Source: Candidatus Dojkabacteria bacterium (GTDB lineage: Bacteria > Patescibacteriota > Dojkabacteria > J137). From it: 64,000 nucleotides of DNA. The stretch is taken from positions 433,082 through 497,081 of the forward strand of contig AP024679.1 in assembly GCA_025999215.1 (NCBI GenBank), given 5' to 3'. Made by a program: the position numbers and the translations under genes. Below are positions 9,913 through 18,867 of the stretch, one piece after another; within the stretch, counting starts at the first letter, position 1, and the number at the start of each line of letters is the position of its first letter. The notes beneath the pieces were generated by a model. That model ran no database searches and was not told the origin of the DNA. It worked only from the letters and a program-made list of their open reading frames with translations.

Positions 9913-10088
9913 AAAGATACAAAAATACACTCATCTTGTTTGGATGATTTTCACTTCCATGTAAGAGGTTTTATAAATATAGTTTAAATTATCTTTTTTC
10001 TGTATACTTTCCAGATTGTATTGTTCAGTAGATAGTATTTCAAACTTAAATTTCCATAATTGTCATTTTCTAACTTCTGTCAATAAGT

Positions 10089-12113
10089 TTAATCAGGAAC
10101 TTTTTGTAGTAAAAATTCTCTACAGTAAATCCTGGGTGGTTTAGACCAATCTATTTCACCATCAGGTTTGCGCTCATGTAAAATAAAACATCCATATCCA
10201 TATTGCCTTAACCCTATTCTACTGATCACGATCACATTATTTTTTAATTTTAATAGTTCTTTAACATATTTGTGATGCTTACGGGTTGCGTACATATTTT
10301 CATATATTCCATACTTTATACCAAAGTTACATGTGTACACACTAACATGTTTGCCATCCTCACATGCTTTGACATTTAGAATGGGTTCAACTGGTACATA
10401 CTTGAATCCTGCCCTTTTCCAATTATCTACTGCTTGATATACTCTTAACCAAGAAATAAATTCTTCATTTGATATGACTCTTCTATTACTTTTGTTGTCT
10501 AGCTCTTCAGTAATAATTGGGGGCTTTTTCTCTGCTTTTGATATTTCTTTTATTTCTGATTTTTCAAGGTTTTCTATTAGTTTTAATACATCTTTTTCGA
10601 TTGGTTTTCTATTTTTTTCTGGCAGATACTCAAAATTCCAAGCAAACCCAGGCGCAGCTTCTTTTGGTGCCATATCAATAAGTAGTCTAGCTACCTGTAA
10701 TTGATTCCCTTCATGTAAAGATGGGAGTCTAAAAGCGACCTCGTAAGCGGTTCCTTTTGGGTTTACACCCATAAGTAACTTAATGACTGCTAATTGATTT
10801 TTTTCTGACAAGTCCCGAAGTTGCCAAGCCACATTGCGAAGAAATTCGTCATTAATTGCTTTGGGAGCTTTTTCTATAAGTGAAGTAATAATTTCTATTT
10901 GAGTATCTTCTGGTAAACATGCTAAATGGCCAGCGAGGTTCTCAGCAGACTCTTGAGGTGCTTTTTCAACAAGTAGTTTAGCAATATCTCCCCTAATATC
11001 TTCAGATATATCATCAATTTTGTCAGATAACGGGCCTGCCGTTGGATTTATATATTCATCCTTATGTAACATGTACAAAATTTCATTTTTGATTTCTTGG
11101 GGTAATTCTTCAAATTCGCAAATTTCCCGAGCAAGTTCAGGTGCCGCTTCTTTTGGTGCTATATCGAGCAGTAAATTAAAGATATGTATCATTTGCTTTT
11201 CAGAAATAAACTCGCCGACATAAAAAAGTTTTTTAGCAAGTTCAGGTGCAGCTTCTTTTGGTGCTTTCTCTAGAATTAATTTTAATATTTCCATTTGAGC
11301 TTTTTCTGGTAAATATATGGCCTGATTTGCAAGCCCTGGTGCAGCTTCTTTAGGAGCTTTTTCTATAAGCTTTTTTGCGAAGTCTGCTCTAACTTCTTCT
11401 GGAAGGTCATTAATACCCCAGGCAAGTTTAGGTGCAGCTTCTTTTGGTGCTATATCGAGAAGCTTGTTTGCAAAGTCTACTCTTGTTTCTTTTGGAAGAT
11501 AAGAAACACTCCAGGCAATTTCAGGTACCGCTTTTTTGAGGGCTACATCAAACAGTAAATTAACAATTTGTTTTCTATTTTCGTATGGAAAAGATTCTAT
11601 GGAGCTAGCGATTACTGGAGCCGCTTCTTTGGGGGCATTCTCTAGGAACCAAGGTAATGCTTCTCTTTTAACCTCTGATGGGAGGTACTTAAAATTTTCA
11701 TATTCAGCTATTGCAGAAGTCACTTTTTTTAAATTTTTCTCCTTTATATGTTTTAAGAGCATTTTACAGATTTTTGTAAAAACTGCTGGTTCAAGAAGGC
11801 GATACAAATCTGAAATAAAGTTAGCAAGTTTAACCCCAGCTTCCTCTGGAGCGATATCTAAAATCTCTTGGGTTTTTTCGAAATAATCTCCTTGTTGACT
11901 ACATAGTGATAACATCGCATCAGTTATTTTAAAGTTTATTGGATCATTTTCGATAATGTTCTGGTATTGCCTTTCTAAATTTTCAACTATTTTTTGAAAC
12001 TCATCCTGGGACCATTTAGGTGCACCTGGCAAATGATACATTTCATAGTTTGCTATCATGTTGCGTGCCGTTTCACTTAAACTTGAATTAATTGAGGAAG
12101 TATTTTGTGACAT
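10089..12113 (-). CDS. Repeat protein of 674 aa. It has about ten roughly 30-aa 'L(L)DIAPKEAAPxLA...LPEE' HEAT-like repeats and a roughly 140-aa C-terminal domain of unknown function.
   Basis: The long ORF is intact. The nucleotide-level periodic repeat (gcagcttcttttggtgc recurring about every 90-100 bp) translates to APKEAAP. The C-terminal region ...YGCFILHERKPDGEIDWSKPP... has no recognised motif. Confidence 0.65.
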   Translation of the reverse strand: MSQNTSSINSSLSETARNMIANYEMYHLPGAPKWSQDEFQKIVENLERQYQNIIENDPINFKITDAMLSLCSQQGDYFEKTQEILDIAPEEAGVKLANFISDLYRLLEPAVFTKICKMLLKHIKEKNLKKVTSAIAEYENFKYLPSEVKREALPWFLENAPKEAAPVIASSIESFPYENRKQIVNLLFDVALKKAVPEIAWSVSYLPKETRVDFANKLLDIAPKEAAPKLAWGINDLPEEVRADFAKKLIEKAPKEAAPGLANQAIYLPEKAQMEILKLILEKAPKEAAPELAKKLFYVGEFISEKQMIHIFNLLLDIAPKEAAPELAREICEFEELPQEIKNEILYMLHKDEYINPTAGPLSDKIDDISEDIRGDIAKLLVEKAPQESAENLAGHLACLPEDTQIEIITSLIEKAPKAINDEFLRNVAWQLRDLSEKNQLAVIKLLMGVNPKGTAYEVAFRLPSLHEGNQLQVARLLIDMAPKEAAPGFAWNFEYLPEKNRKPIEKDVLKLIENLEKSEIKEISKAEKKPPIITEELDNKSNRRVISNEEFISWLRVYQAVDNWKRAGFKYVPVEPILNVKACEDGKHVSVYTCNFGIKYGIYENMYATRKHHKYVKELLKLKNNVIVISRIGLRQYGYGCFILHERKPDGEIDWSKPPRIYCREFLLQKVPD

Positions 12114-12148
12114 ATTTTGATAAAGATAAAATAAAAATTTTGGTTATT

Positions 12149-12205
12149 CTACAACATACTCAATGCATCTAACTCTACGCCTCCTTTAATTTTGTATACA
12201 GCAAT
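12149..12205 (-). pseudogene. Remnant of the murA 5' end (about 18 codons, no start codon).
   Basis: It translates to IAVYKIKGGVELDALSML*, matching the murA N-terminus MAVYKIQGGIELNGEV. It lies at the inner edge of repeat copy B, directly upstream of the 674-aa gene. Confidence 0.6.
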
Positions 12206-12414
12206 TGATTAAATTTAAAATATTTTAATAATTATACCTTAAAATTTAAAATTACTCTAAAATTTTGAAAGGGGTAGTTAGATAATAACGTTAAAGTATT
12301 TAGTATTCTAAAATTAAGAAAACCTTTTTTTCATTTTGGATTTCTGTGAGAACAACTAGGCCAGCAATAAGATGTTTTTGCACCTGTAGATATTTCTTTT
12401 TCTAAAAGGTTTAA
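12190..12414. repeat. Copy B of the roughly 225 bp promoter/leader direct repeat.
   Basis: See copy A. Here it now drives the 674-aa repeat-protein gene. Confidence 0.75.
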
Positions 12415-12708
12415 ACGTTTATTTCTAGTAGTTCCTTTTTAGCAGCGCTTAACCAACATATCCATTCATTGCGAGCTAATTGTGTGAGTTTACCCCAGAC
12501 ATCATTTTAAATAGTATTTTTTGAGCATATTATCAAGATCAAGCGGCACTGCATGAAAATAGTTTTGTATACTTTTATAATTTTTATTCATTATTTTTTA
12601 ATTAGGGAAGTTCTAATAATTTAAGAAGCGGTTTTTATTTTTTGGAAAAATACAATTACCTGAAAAGATATCTAAAAAAAGCAAATAAAAAAAACTAATT
12701 TTTAATCT

Positions 12709-12784
12709 TGGTGCCGAGGGGCGGACTCGAACCGCCGACACCACGATTTTCAGTCGTGTGCTCTACCAACTGAGCTACCTCAGC
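12709..12784 (-). tRNA. tRNA-Phe (anticodon GAA). CCA is encoded.
   Basis: Acceptor GCTGAGG/CCTCGGC, anticodon stem CACGA/TCGTG with loop CTGAAAA, and T arm GGCGG-TTCGAGT-CCGCC. Confidence 0.85.
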
Positions 12785-12908
12785 ACTACGCTTGATTATA
12801 CACCGTTTTTTTCAACTTTGCGAATTTTTTTTTGTTTGTATTAAAAATTGTTTAGAATTATAGTAATTTTTTTTAAAGTGTTGTACAATTAATTAGTTTA
12901 CATTTTAA

Positions 12909-13739
12909 TTGAAATTTATGGAAGAATCAAAAACTACTTCAAACCAAGATATGAAGACTGAAAAAGTTAAATCAAATGGAAAAAGTAAGGTCTGGTTGAT
13001 TGCAGGTTTGTTATTTGTGATTTTTTTATGTTGTTGTTTGTGTGTGGGAGTTTTGGGTTATATGTTGTTTCAATCTGAAGATTTTAAAGAGGGATATTGT
13101 GAATCACTAGAAGAGGATGATGCATTGGATAATGATTTGTTAGGTTTGTGTGATGATTGGGAACCATCTTACGAAAAAGAAGATACCAAGGTTAGTTCAA
13201 ATGACAGCGATAAAAAAGCTGACGTTGTAGACAACAATACAGACACTAAAAAAGATGAATCTAACGACAAGAAGCAAAATAATGATAGTGCTTATGTTAT
13301 TTATGATGGTTATTACTTTTCATTCGAATATCCAAGATATTGGAAACAAAGCACATCTTCTACAGATTGGTCAACAGTTGAGTTTACATCTGAAGAAGGA
13401 GTTGTAATTAGTTTAAAATCAATTTATGATAATGAGTATTCAAAGAATTTGTCAGGTTGTAGTGAATATGAAGAGTCAATTTTTAGTGGTTTGACTAGTG
13501 TGTATGATAATGTTGAGTCTGAATCTGTTTTATTTACAACTACGGAGAATGGATATGCCGCTTGTTATTTAAAAGGTTATCTTGTTGATGGACCTATTAC
13601 TACAGTTTTAGAGCAATATTTAGTATTTGATCCTTTGATTGATACTTTTGCTTTAGAATTTGGAATTAAATACGATTCTAGAGATTCTGGCATGGGTAGT
13701 TACTTGCAACATGCTGTTGATACATTAACGTTTGAATAA
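12909..13739 (+). CDS. Hypothetical N-terminally membrane-anchored, Cys-rich, acidic protein.
   Basis: It has a single TM segment (LIAGLLFVIFLCCCLCVGVLGYMLF) followed by a D/E/S-rich extracytoplasmic region. The start is probably the ATG at about 12918. Confidence 0.5.
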   Translation: MKFMEESKTTSNQDMKTEKVKSNGKSKVWLIAGLLFVIFLCCCLCVGVLGYMLFQSEDFKEGYCESLEEDDALDNDLLGLCDDWEPSYEKEDTKVSSNDSDKKADVVDNNTDTKKDESNDKKQNNDSAYVIYDGYYFSFEYPRYWKQSTSSTDWSTVEFTSEEGVVISLKSIYDNEYSKNLSGCSEYEESIFSGLTSVYDNVESESVLFTTTENGYAACYLKGYLVDGPITTVLEQYLVFDPLIDTFALEFGIKYDSRDSGMGSYLQHAVDTLTFE

Positions 13740-13818
13740 ATTTTAAAAAGCAAGAAATATAACTGAACCTAACATATTGATTTAATTTAAAAGTGTTGTT
13801 ACAATTTGTTGTTTGCTT

Positions 13819-13895
13819 GGGCGCCTAGCTCAACTGGCTAGAGCATCCCGTTTACACCGGGAAGGTTATAGGTTCGAGTCCTATGGCGCCCACCA
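13819..13895 (+). tRNA. tRNA-Val (anticodon TAC). CCA is encoded.
   Basis: Acceptor GGGCGCC/GGCGCCC, anticodon stem TCCCG/CGGGA with loop TTTACAC, and T arm ATAGG-TTCGAGT-CCTAT. Confidence 0.85.
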
Positions 13896-14019
13896 AAAAA
13901 TCTGTGTTTGTCGTTTTCGTTTTTTTTATTCAAAATATTCCCATACTTTGCTTGTGATTTTATTGTTTGGAATCTCTTTTAAATCTTTTCCTAAATTTTA
14001 TAAAAAGCTATAATAAACC

Positions 14020-14690
14020 GTGAGTAATGAAAAAATTAAACAAAAGGCAAAAAAGGTTAATGCGTTGTTAAAAAAAGAATACCCTATAGTTAAAACTCCT
14101 TTGCACCACAAAAATGCCTGGGAACTTTTAATTGCAGTTATATTGTCAGCTCAAACTTTAGATGAAACGGTAAACAAAGTTACTCCAAGGCTTTTTAAGT
14201 TATACAATTCATGTTATGAATTAGCTGGGGCTAATTTGGCTGAAGTAGAAGAAGTTATAAAAGGCGTAAATTATTATAAAACCAAAGCCAAAAATATTAT
14301 CAAGACATCTCAAAAGCTAGTAGAAAATTTTGATGGTAAAGTACCAAATAAAATTGAAGAATTAACAACTCTTCCTGGTGTTGGTAGAAAAACTGCCAAT
14401 GTTATAATAAACGAGTGGTTTTGTAGGCATGATCAGAAAGTTTTACCTCAGGGATTTGTTGTTGATACTCATGTAGCTAGGGTTTCAAAGCGTTTAGGTT
14501 TTACTAAGCATTCTGATCCTACTTAAAATTGAGCAAGATTTAATGAATTTGTTTGATCAGATCTGATTGGCCTGAGTTGAGTTTGAGATTGATTTTTCAC
14601 GGGAGATATAGGTGTACCGCTCGTCAACATTTATGTTGTGAGCATGATAGATTGGAGTAAACTTTGTCAATGTTTATGTTAACATTATGG
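14020..14690 (+). pseudogene. nth: Endonuclease III (Nth) with three or more frameshifts in the C-terminal [4Fe-4S] region.
   Basis: Frame 1 gives the HhH-GPD core through LPGVGRKTANVIIN...VDTHVARVS. The downstream KIEQDLMNLFDQI, DWPELSLRLIFHGRYRCTARQHLCCEHD and KLCQCLC pieces continue the Nth C-terminus in three other frames. Confidence 0.6.
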
Positions 14691-15963
14691 AATTTAATTT
14701 AGTTTCTGAGTATAAACCTGCTGGTGATCAACCACGAGCGATTGATACGCTTTCTAATGGTTTGCTTGCTGGGAATCAAGCACCAAACGCTTGGTTGGTG
14801 CGACCGGAACTGGTAAAACTTTTACAATGGCAAATATCATACAAAATCTTGGGAAACCTGCTTTAATTCTTTCTCACAACAAAACTTTAGCTGCTCAATT
14901 GTTTGCTGAATTTAAAAAATTTTTTCCTTACAATGCTGTTGAGTATTTTGTGAGTTACTACGATTATTATCAGCCTGAGGCTTATGTTCCCTCAAGAGAT
15001 TTGTATATTGAGAAAGATGCCGATATAAACGACACAATTGAGCGGTACAGGTCTTCAGCTAGCCAGTCGCTTTTGACAAGAAAGGATGTGATTGTAATTT
15101 CAACCGTTAGTTGTATCTATGGGCTAGGGAATCCTGCAGATTATTTAGAATTAAGTTTTGAATTTAATGTTGGGGAAAGTTATAAACGCGATAATATTTT
15201 AGCGCGACTAACAGATATGCAGTATGAAAGAAACCAACTTGATTTCATGCCTGGGAGTTTTAGAGCCATTGGTGAGATTATTGATATTTATTTAACAAAT
15301 GCAAATGATGAAGCTGTAAGGTTAGAGTTTTTTGGTGATGAATTGGAATCTATAAAGATAATTAATCCTCTAACAGGCGAGTTTGTAAAAAATTTAAATT
15401 CAGTTATTATTTTTCCTGCCAAACACTATGTAAGTCCACATCATAAACTAATGGAAACGATTGAAACAATAAGAGAAGATATGAAAAAAGAAGTTCAGCA
15501 ATTTTTGGATAAAGGAAAGGTGGTGGAAGCAACGAGACTTAAGCAAAGGGTTGAATATGATTTGGAAATGATTGCTGAAACAGGTTTTGTAAAAGGCATT
15601 GAAAATTATTCTAGATACATTGACAGAAGACCACCCGGAAGTGCGCCATCATGTTTAATTGATTATTTTCCTCATGATTACATTATGTTTATTGATGAAT
15701 CACATATAACTGTTCCGCAAATTGGAGGAATGTACAATGGCGATCGCGCACGGAAACAGAGCTTGGTAGATTATGGTTTTAGGATGAAAGCAGCGCTAGA
15801 TAATCGACCTTTGAAATTTGAAGAATTTGAACAAAAATTAAACCAAGTTATTTACACCACGGCAACGCCAAGGGATTATGAAATTCAGAAAAGCATGAAT
15901 GCAACAGAAGAAATTAGGGAAAAAAGCCCTCAAATATTCAGTGGAAAAATGTTAGAATATTAG
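14687..15963 (+). CDS. uvrB: Excinuclease ABC subunit B, N-terminal roughly 415-residue portion only. There is a -1 frameshift near 14775-14795 and a premature end at 15963.
   Basis: MEFNLVSEYKPAGDQPRAIDTLSNGLLAGN (frame 2) continues as LVGATGTGKTFTMANII...YFVSYYDYYQPEAYVP...FIDESHITVPQIGGMYNGDRARKQSLVDYGFRMKAALDNRPLKFEEF...YTTATPRDYEIQKS (frame 1), which is canonical UvrB. After EIQKS the frame diverges and stops. Confidence 0.85.
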
Positions 15964-15999
15964 AATGAAAATCAAGATTAGAAATATTTCACAAAAGGA

Positions 16000-16808
16000 A
16001 TGGTGATGGGTCTTGCTGAGGTTATCCCTGGAGTGAGTGGGTCAACCATGGCTTTGGTGATGGGTATTTATGATGATTTCATCAATCTACTCTACTCTTT
16101 TTCAAAGTTGGCGCAAAATTGTGTTGAGTTTTTGTTTCGAAAGAAAAGATTTTTTTGATCTTAAACAAGAGTTGACTGAACTATCTAGAATGGGGTTTTG
16201 CTATACCTTTGTTTTTCGGCATGATTGTGTCAATTTTATCTTTTGCCAATATTTTAAACTATTTCATTGATAAATCACCGGGTTACGTGCTTGCTTTTTT
16301 CTTTGGATTGGTGGTCGCATCGGTGTCAATTCCACTTCAGAGAGTTGGTAAGACCCAACATTTTGAAAGTTCTTTTGTTCTTGCTTCTCTCTTGCTTTTT
16401 TCTATTTTTTGCTTGGAGTTGATCCTATTGAGTTAAACGGTAAGCCAAATTTAGTTTATGTATTTTGTTGGGGGTATGCTTGCCATTTGCGCAATGAGTT
16501 TGCCTGGAATTAGCGGTTCTTTTATTTTGCTATTGTTGGGTTTGTATGAATACATTATTTCTATAATTAAAGATTTGTCTCATTTTAAGTTTAACTTCAG
16601 TGATTTTACTAGGTTGGTTGTTCTTTCTTTTGGTGTGGTGGCTGGATTTGTATTGTTTGTGAGAATACTAAAATGGTTGCTTTCAAAATACGAGGGCGAA
16701 TTGATGGCTTTTCTTGCAGGCTTGATGTTGGCATCGCTAAGAATTTTGTGGCCATTTATCGATAATTCACAGGAAGTTTCGAGAGTTTGGATGCTTATCC
16801 CAAGGTGA
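16000..16808 (+). pseudogene. DUF368 (COG2035) membrane protein gene with three or more frameshifts.
   Basis: The pieces VIPGVSGSTMALVMGIY..., FFGMIVSILSFANILNYFIDKSPGYVLAFFFGLVVAS and LPGISGSFILLLLGLYEYI are successive parts of one DUF368 protein, spread across three frames. Confidence 0.6.
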
Positions 16809-16914
16809 TGTTAGAGTTAAGTAACACTGAACACCTTGTACACGGTTGCAATTATTGTAGCAAGTGCTGTAGCCGTCTTAGTAATCAAAAAGATTTCTGA
16901 TAAAATTTAAGAGG

Positions 16915-18834
16915 TCACACCAAGGAAGCTTTGAGTCGCCTCAGGTTTGAGCCTATGTTTTCTTGTTTTAAAATTTTGAACTTTTTATTATTCTCTCCCA
17001 AAACTCCTGTTGTTTCAACATGCGGTCCTCCGCAAAACTCTTTTGAGAAACGCCTCATCTAAACTATTACCTATAAAATAAATGGTTACTTTGTCGGGAT
17101 ATTTTTGTCCAAACTCCATTTCTGCACCAATTTTTTGTGCTTCGCCTGAGAGGCATTTCTACTCTCTTCACTGGTAAATTTTCTGTGATCTTTTGATTGA
17201 CAATATCTTCAATTTTTTTGATTTCCTCTTCTGTAATTTTTTTTGAATAGTTAAAATCTATTCTTAATCTTTCAGAAGTTATGTTGCTACCTCTCTGGTG
17301 AATATTTTCGTCTAACACAAGCTGTAATGCTCTCAAAAGCAAGTGGTGAGCTGTGTGAAGCTTGGTTGTTTCGTGCGAGTGATCTGCCAAGCCTCCAGTA
17401 AATTTTTTTTGAGCGCCGGCACGAGATTGTTCTTTATGTTGTTCTAGCAACGTTTTAAAACCAACTATGTCTACTATAAATCCTATTTCTTTTGATAATT
17501 CTTGTGTCATTTCTACTGGAAATCCATAAGTTTCATAAAGATGGAAAGCTTCTTCACCTTTTAAGAAATTTCTATGAGGATTTTCGGATTTTTTGATATC
17601 AGTAACGATTTTGTAAAATTGCTTAATACCATTGTCTAGAGTTTTTCTAAATTTTATTTCTTCTTTATCTATTTCATCAATTATAAACATCTCCTTTTCT
17701 TTAAGATGAGGATAAGCATCTTTCATTTTTTCAATTACTAGGCTTGCCAAATCCTTGGTGAAATTTTTTTCTATTCCAAGAATTTTTGCATGTCTTATCA
17801 TCCTTCTGATTAAGCGCCTCAAAATATACCCTTGATCTTTGTTAGATGGCGCAATTCCATCGGCAAGAATAAAAGTTGATGCTCTTGCATGATCAGCTAT
17901 AATCCTGAATGCTTTCGTATATTTACTTCTGTTCTTCGTTGTGATCGTATTTGTGGCCTGATATATTTTCTATTGCGTTGATGTAGTCAATAAATAAATC
18001 AGTTTCGTAAACTGAGCGCTTGTTTTGAACTGTAGCGACAATTCTGTCTAGCCCTCCTCCATAATCAATGTTTTTTTGCTCCATAGGCTTCCATTTTCCA
18101 TCCTCAAATCTGTATTCCATAAAGACACTGTTTCCAATTTCTAAGTATCTTCCTGAATCATCATTAATGTGCAGTTTTTCTCCAGTATCATTTAATACTG
18201 TTTGCATATCATAAAAAATTTCTGAGCACGGTCCACCCAATTCTCCATTAACCTCGGGCCCTCTCTGCCACCAATTGTCTTTTTTACCATAAGGAAATAT
18301 TCTAAATTGCCAATTTTGACTTGATTCACCCTGTTGAGGAACATTTGTAATATCTTCACTAAATTTCGCTTCTATTCCATATTTTTTAAATGCCTTTATC
18401 CATGCGTCAATGGCTTCATCATCGCGAGGTATATTATCATCTCCTCCCCAGACGCTAGCAAAAATTCTTTGGGGATCAAGTCCGAACTTTTCTACATAAA
18501 GCTCCATTTTCCAAAGTATTTGTTCAGTTTTTGAAAAAGCGCCCAAAGACCAGTTACCGATCATTTCAAAAAAAGTTAAGTGATTGTAGTCGCCAACATC
18601 TTCAATATCATTTGTTCTTAGACATCTTTGTACATTACACAATCTTTTTCCCAAAGGATGAGGCTGTCCAGCTAGATATGGCACAAGTGGAAACATGCCT
18701 GAATTTACAAAAAGTAAAGTTGGATCATTATTTGGGACAAGGGATACATTCGGGATAATTTTTGCATTTCTTGGAGAACTTGTCCAAAATTTCAAAAATT
18801 CATTTCTTATTTCATCGGATGTTTTCATGAACAA
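16915..18834 (-). pseudogene. alaS: Alanyl-tRNA synthetase (catalytic, tRNA-recognition and editing regions) with three or more frameshifts. It ends without a C-Ala domain.
   Basis: The N-terminal core is LVPNNDPTLLFVNSGM...QRCLRTNDIEDVG...HLTFFEMIGNWS. Frame breaks occur at about 17920 (…EEQK* then KAFRIIADHARAS…), about 17148 (MPL then EAQKIGAEMEFGQKYPDKV) and about 17070 (…then FSKEFCGGPHVETTGVL…RRLKASLV*). Confidence 0.75.
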
Positions 18835-18867
18835 ATTATATCAAAATTACAAGGTAATTTAAATTTA

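Noticed and set aside
10474-11886. Plus-strand ORFs (67-116 aa) with GAASFGAIS repeats opposite the 674-aa gene.
   Set aside because: They are antisense translations of the APKEAAP nucleotide repeats, not independent genes.
12420-12700. A 280 bp ORF-free spacer between repeat copy B and tRNA-Phe.
   Set aside because: No ORF exceeds 30 codons, and there is no convincing hairpin or promoter pair. It is probably just the displaced original upstream region of murA.
13813-14013. A 66-aa ORF starting at a TTG.
   Set aside because: It overlaps tRNA-Val(TAC) almost entirely and is a spurious read-through of the tRNA sequence.
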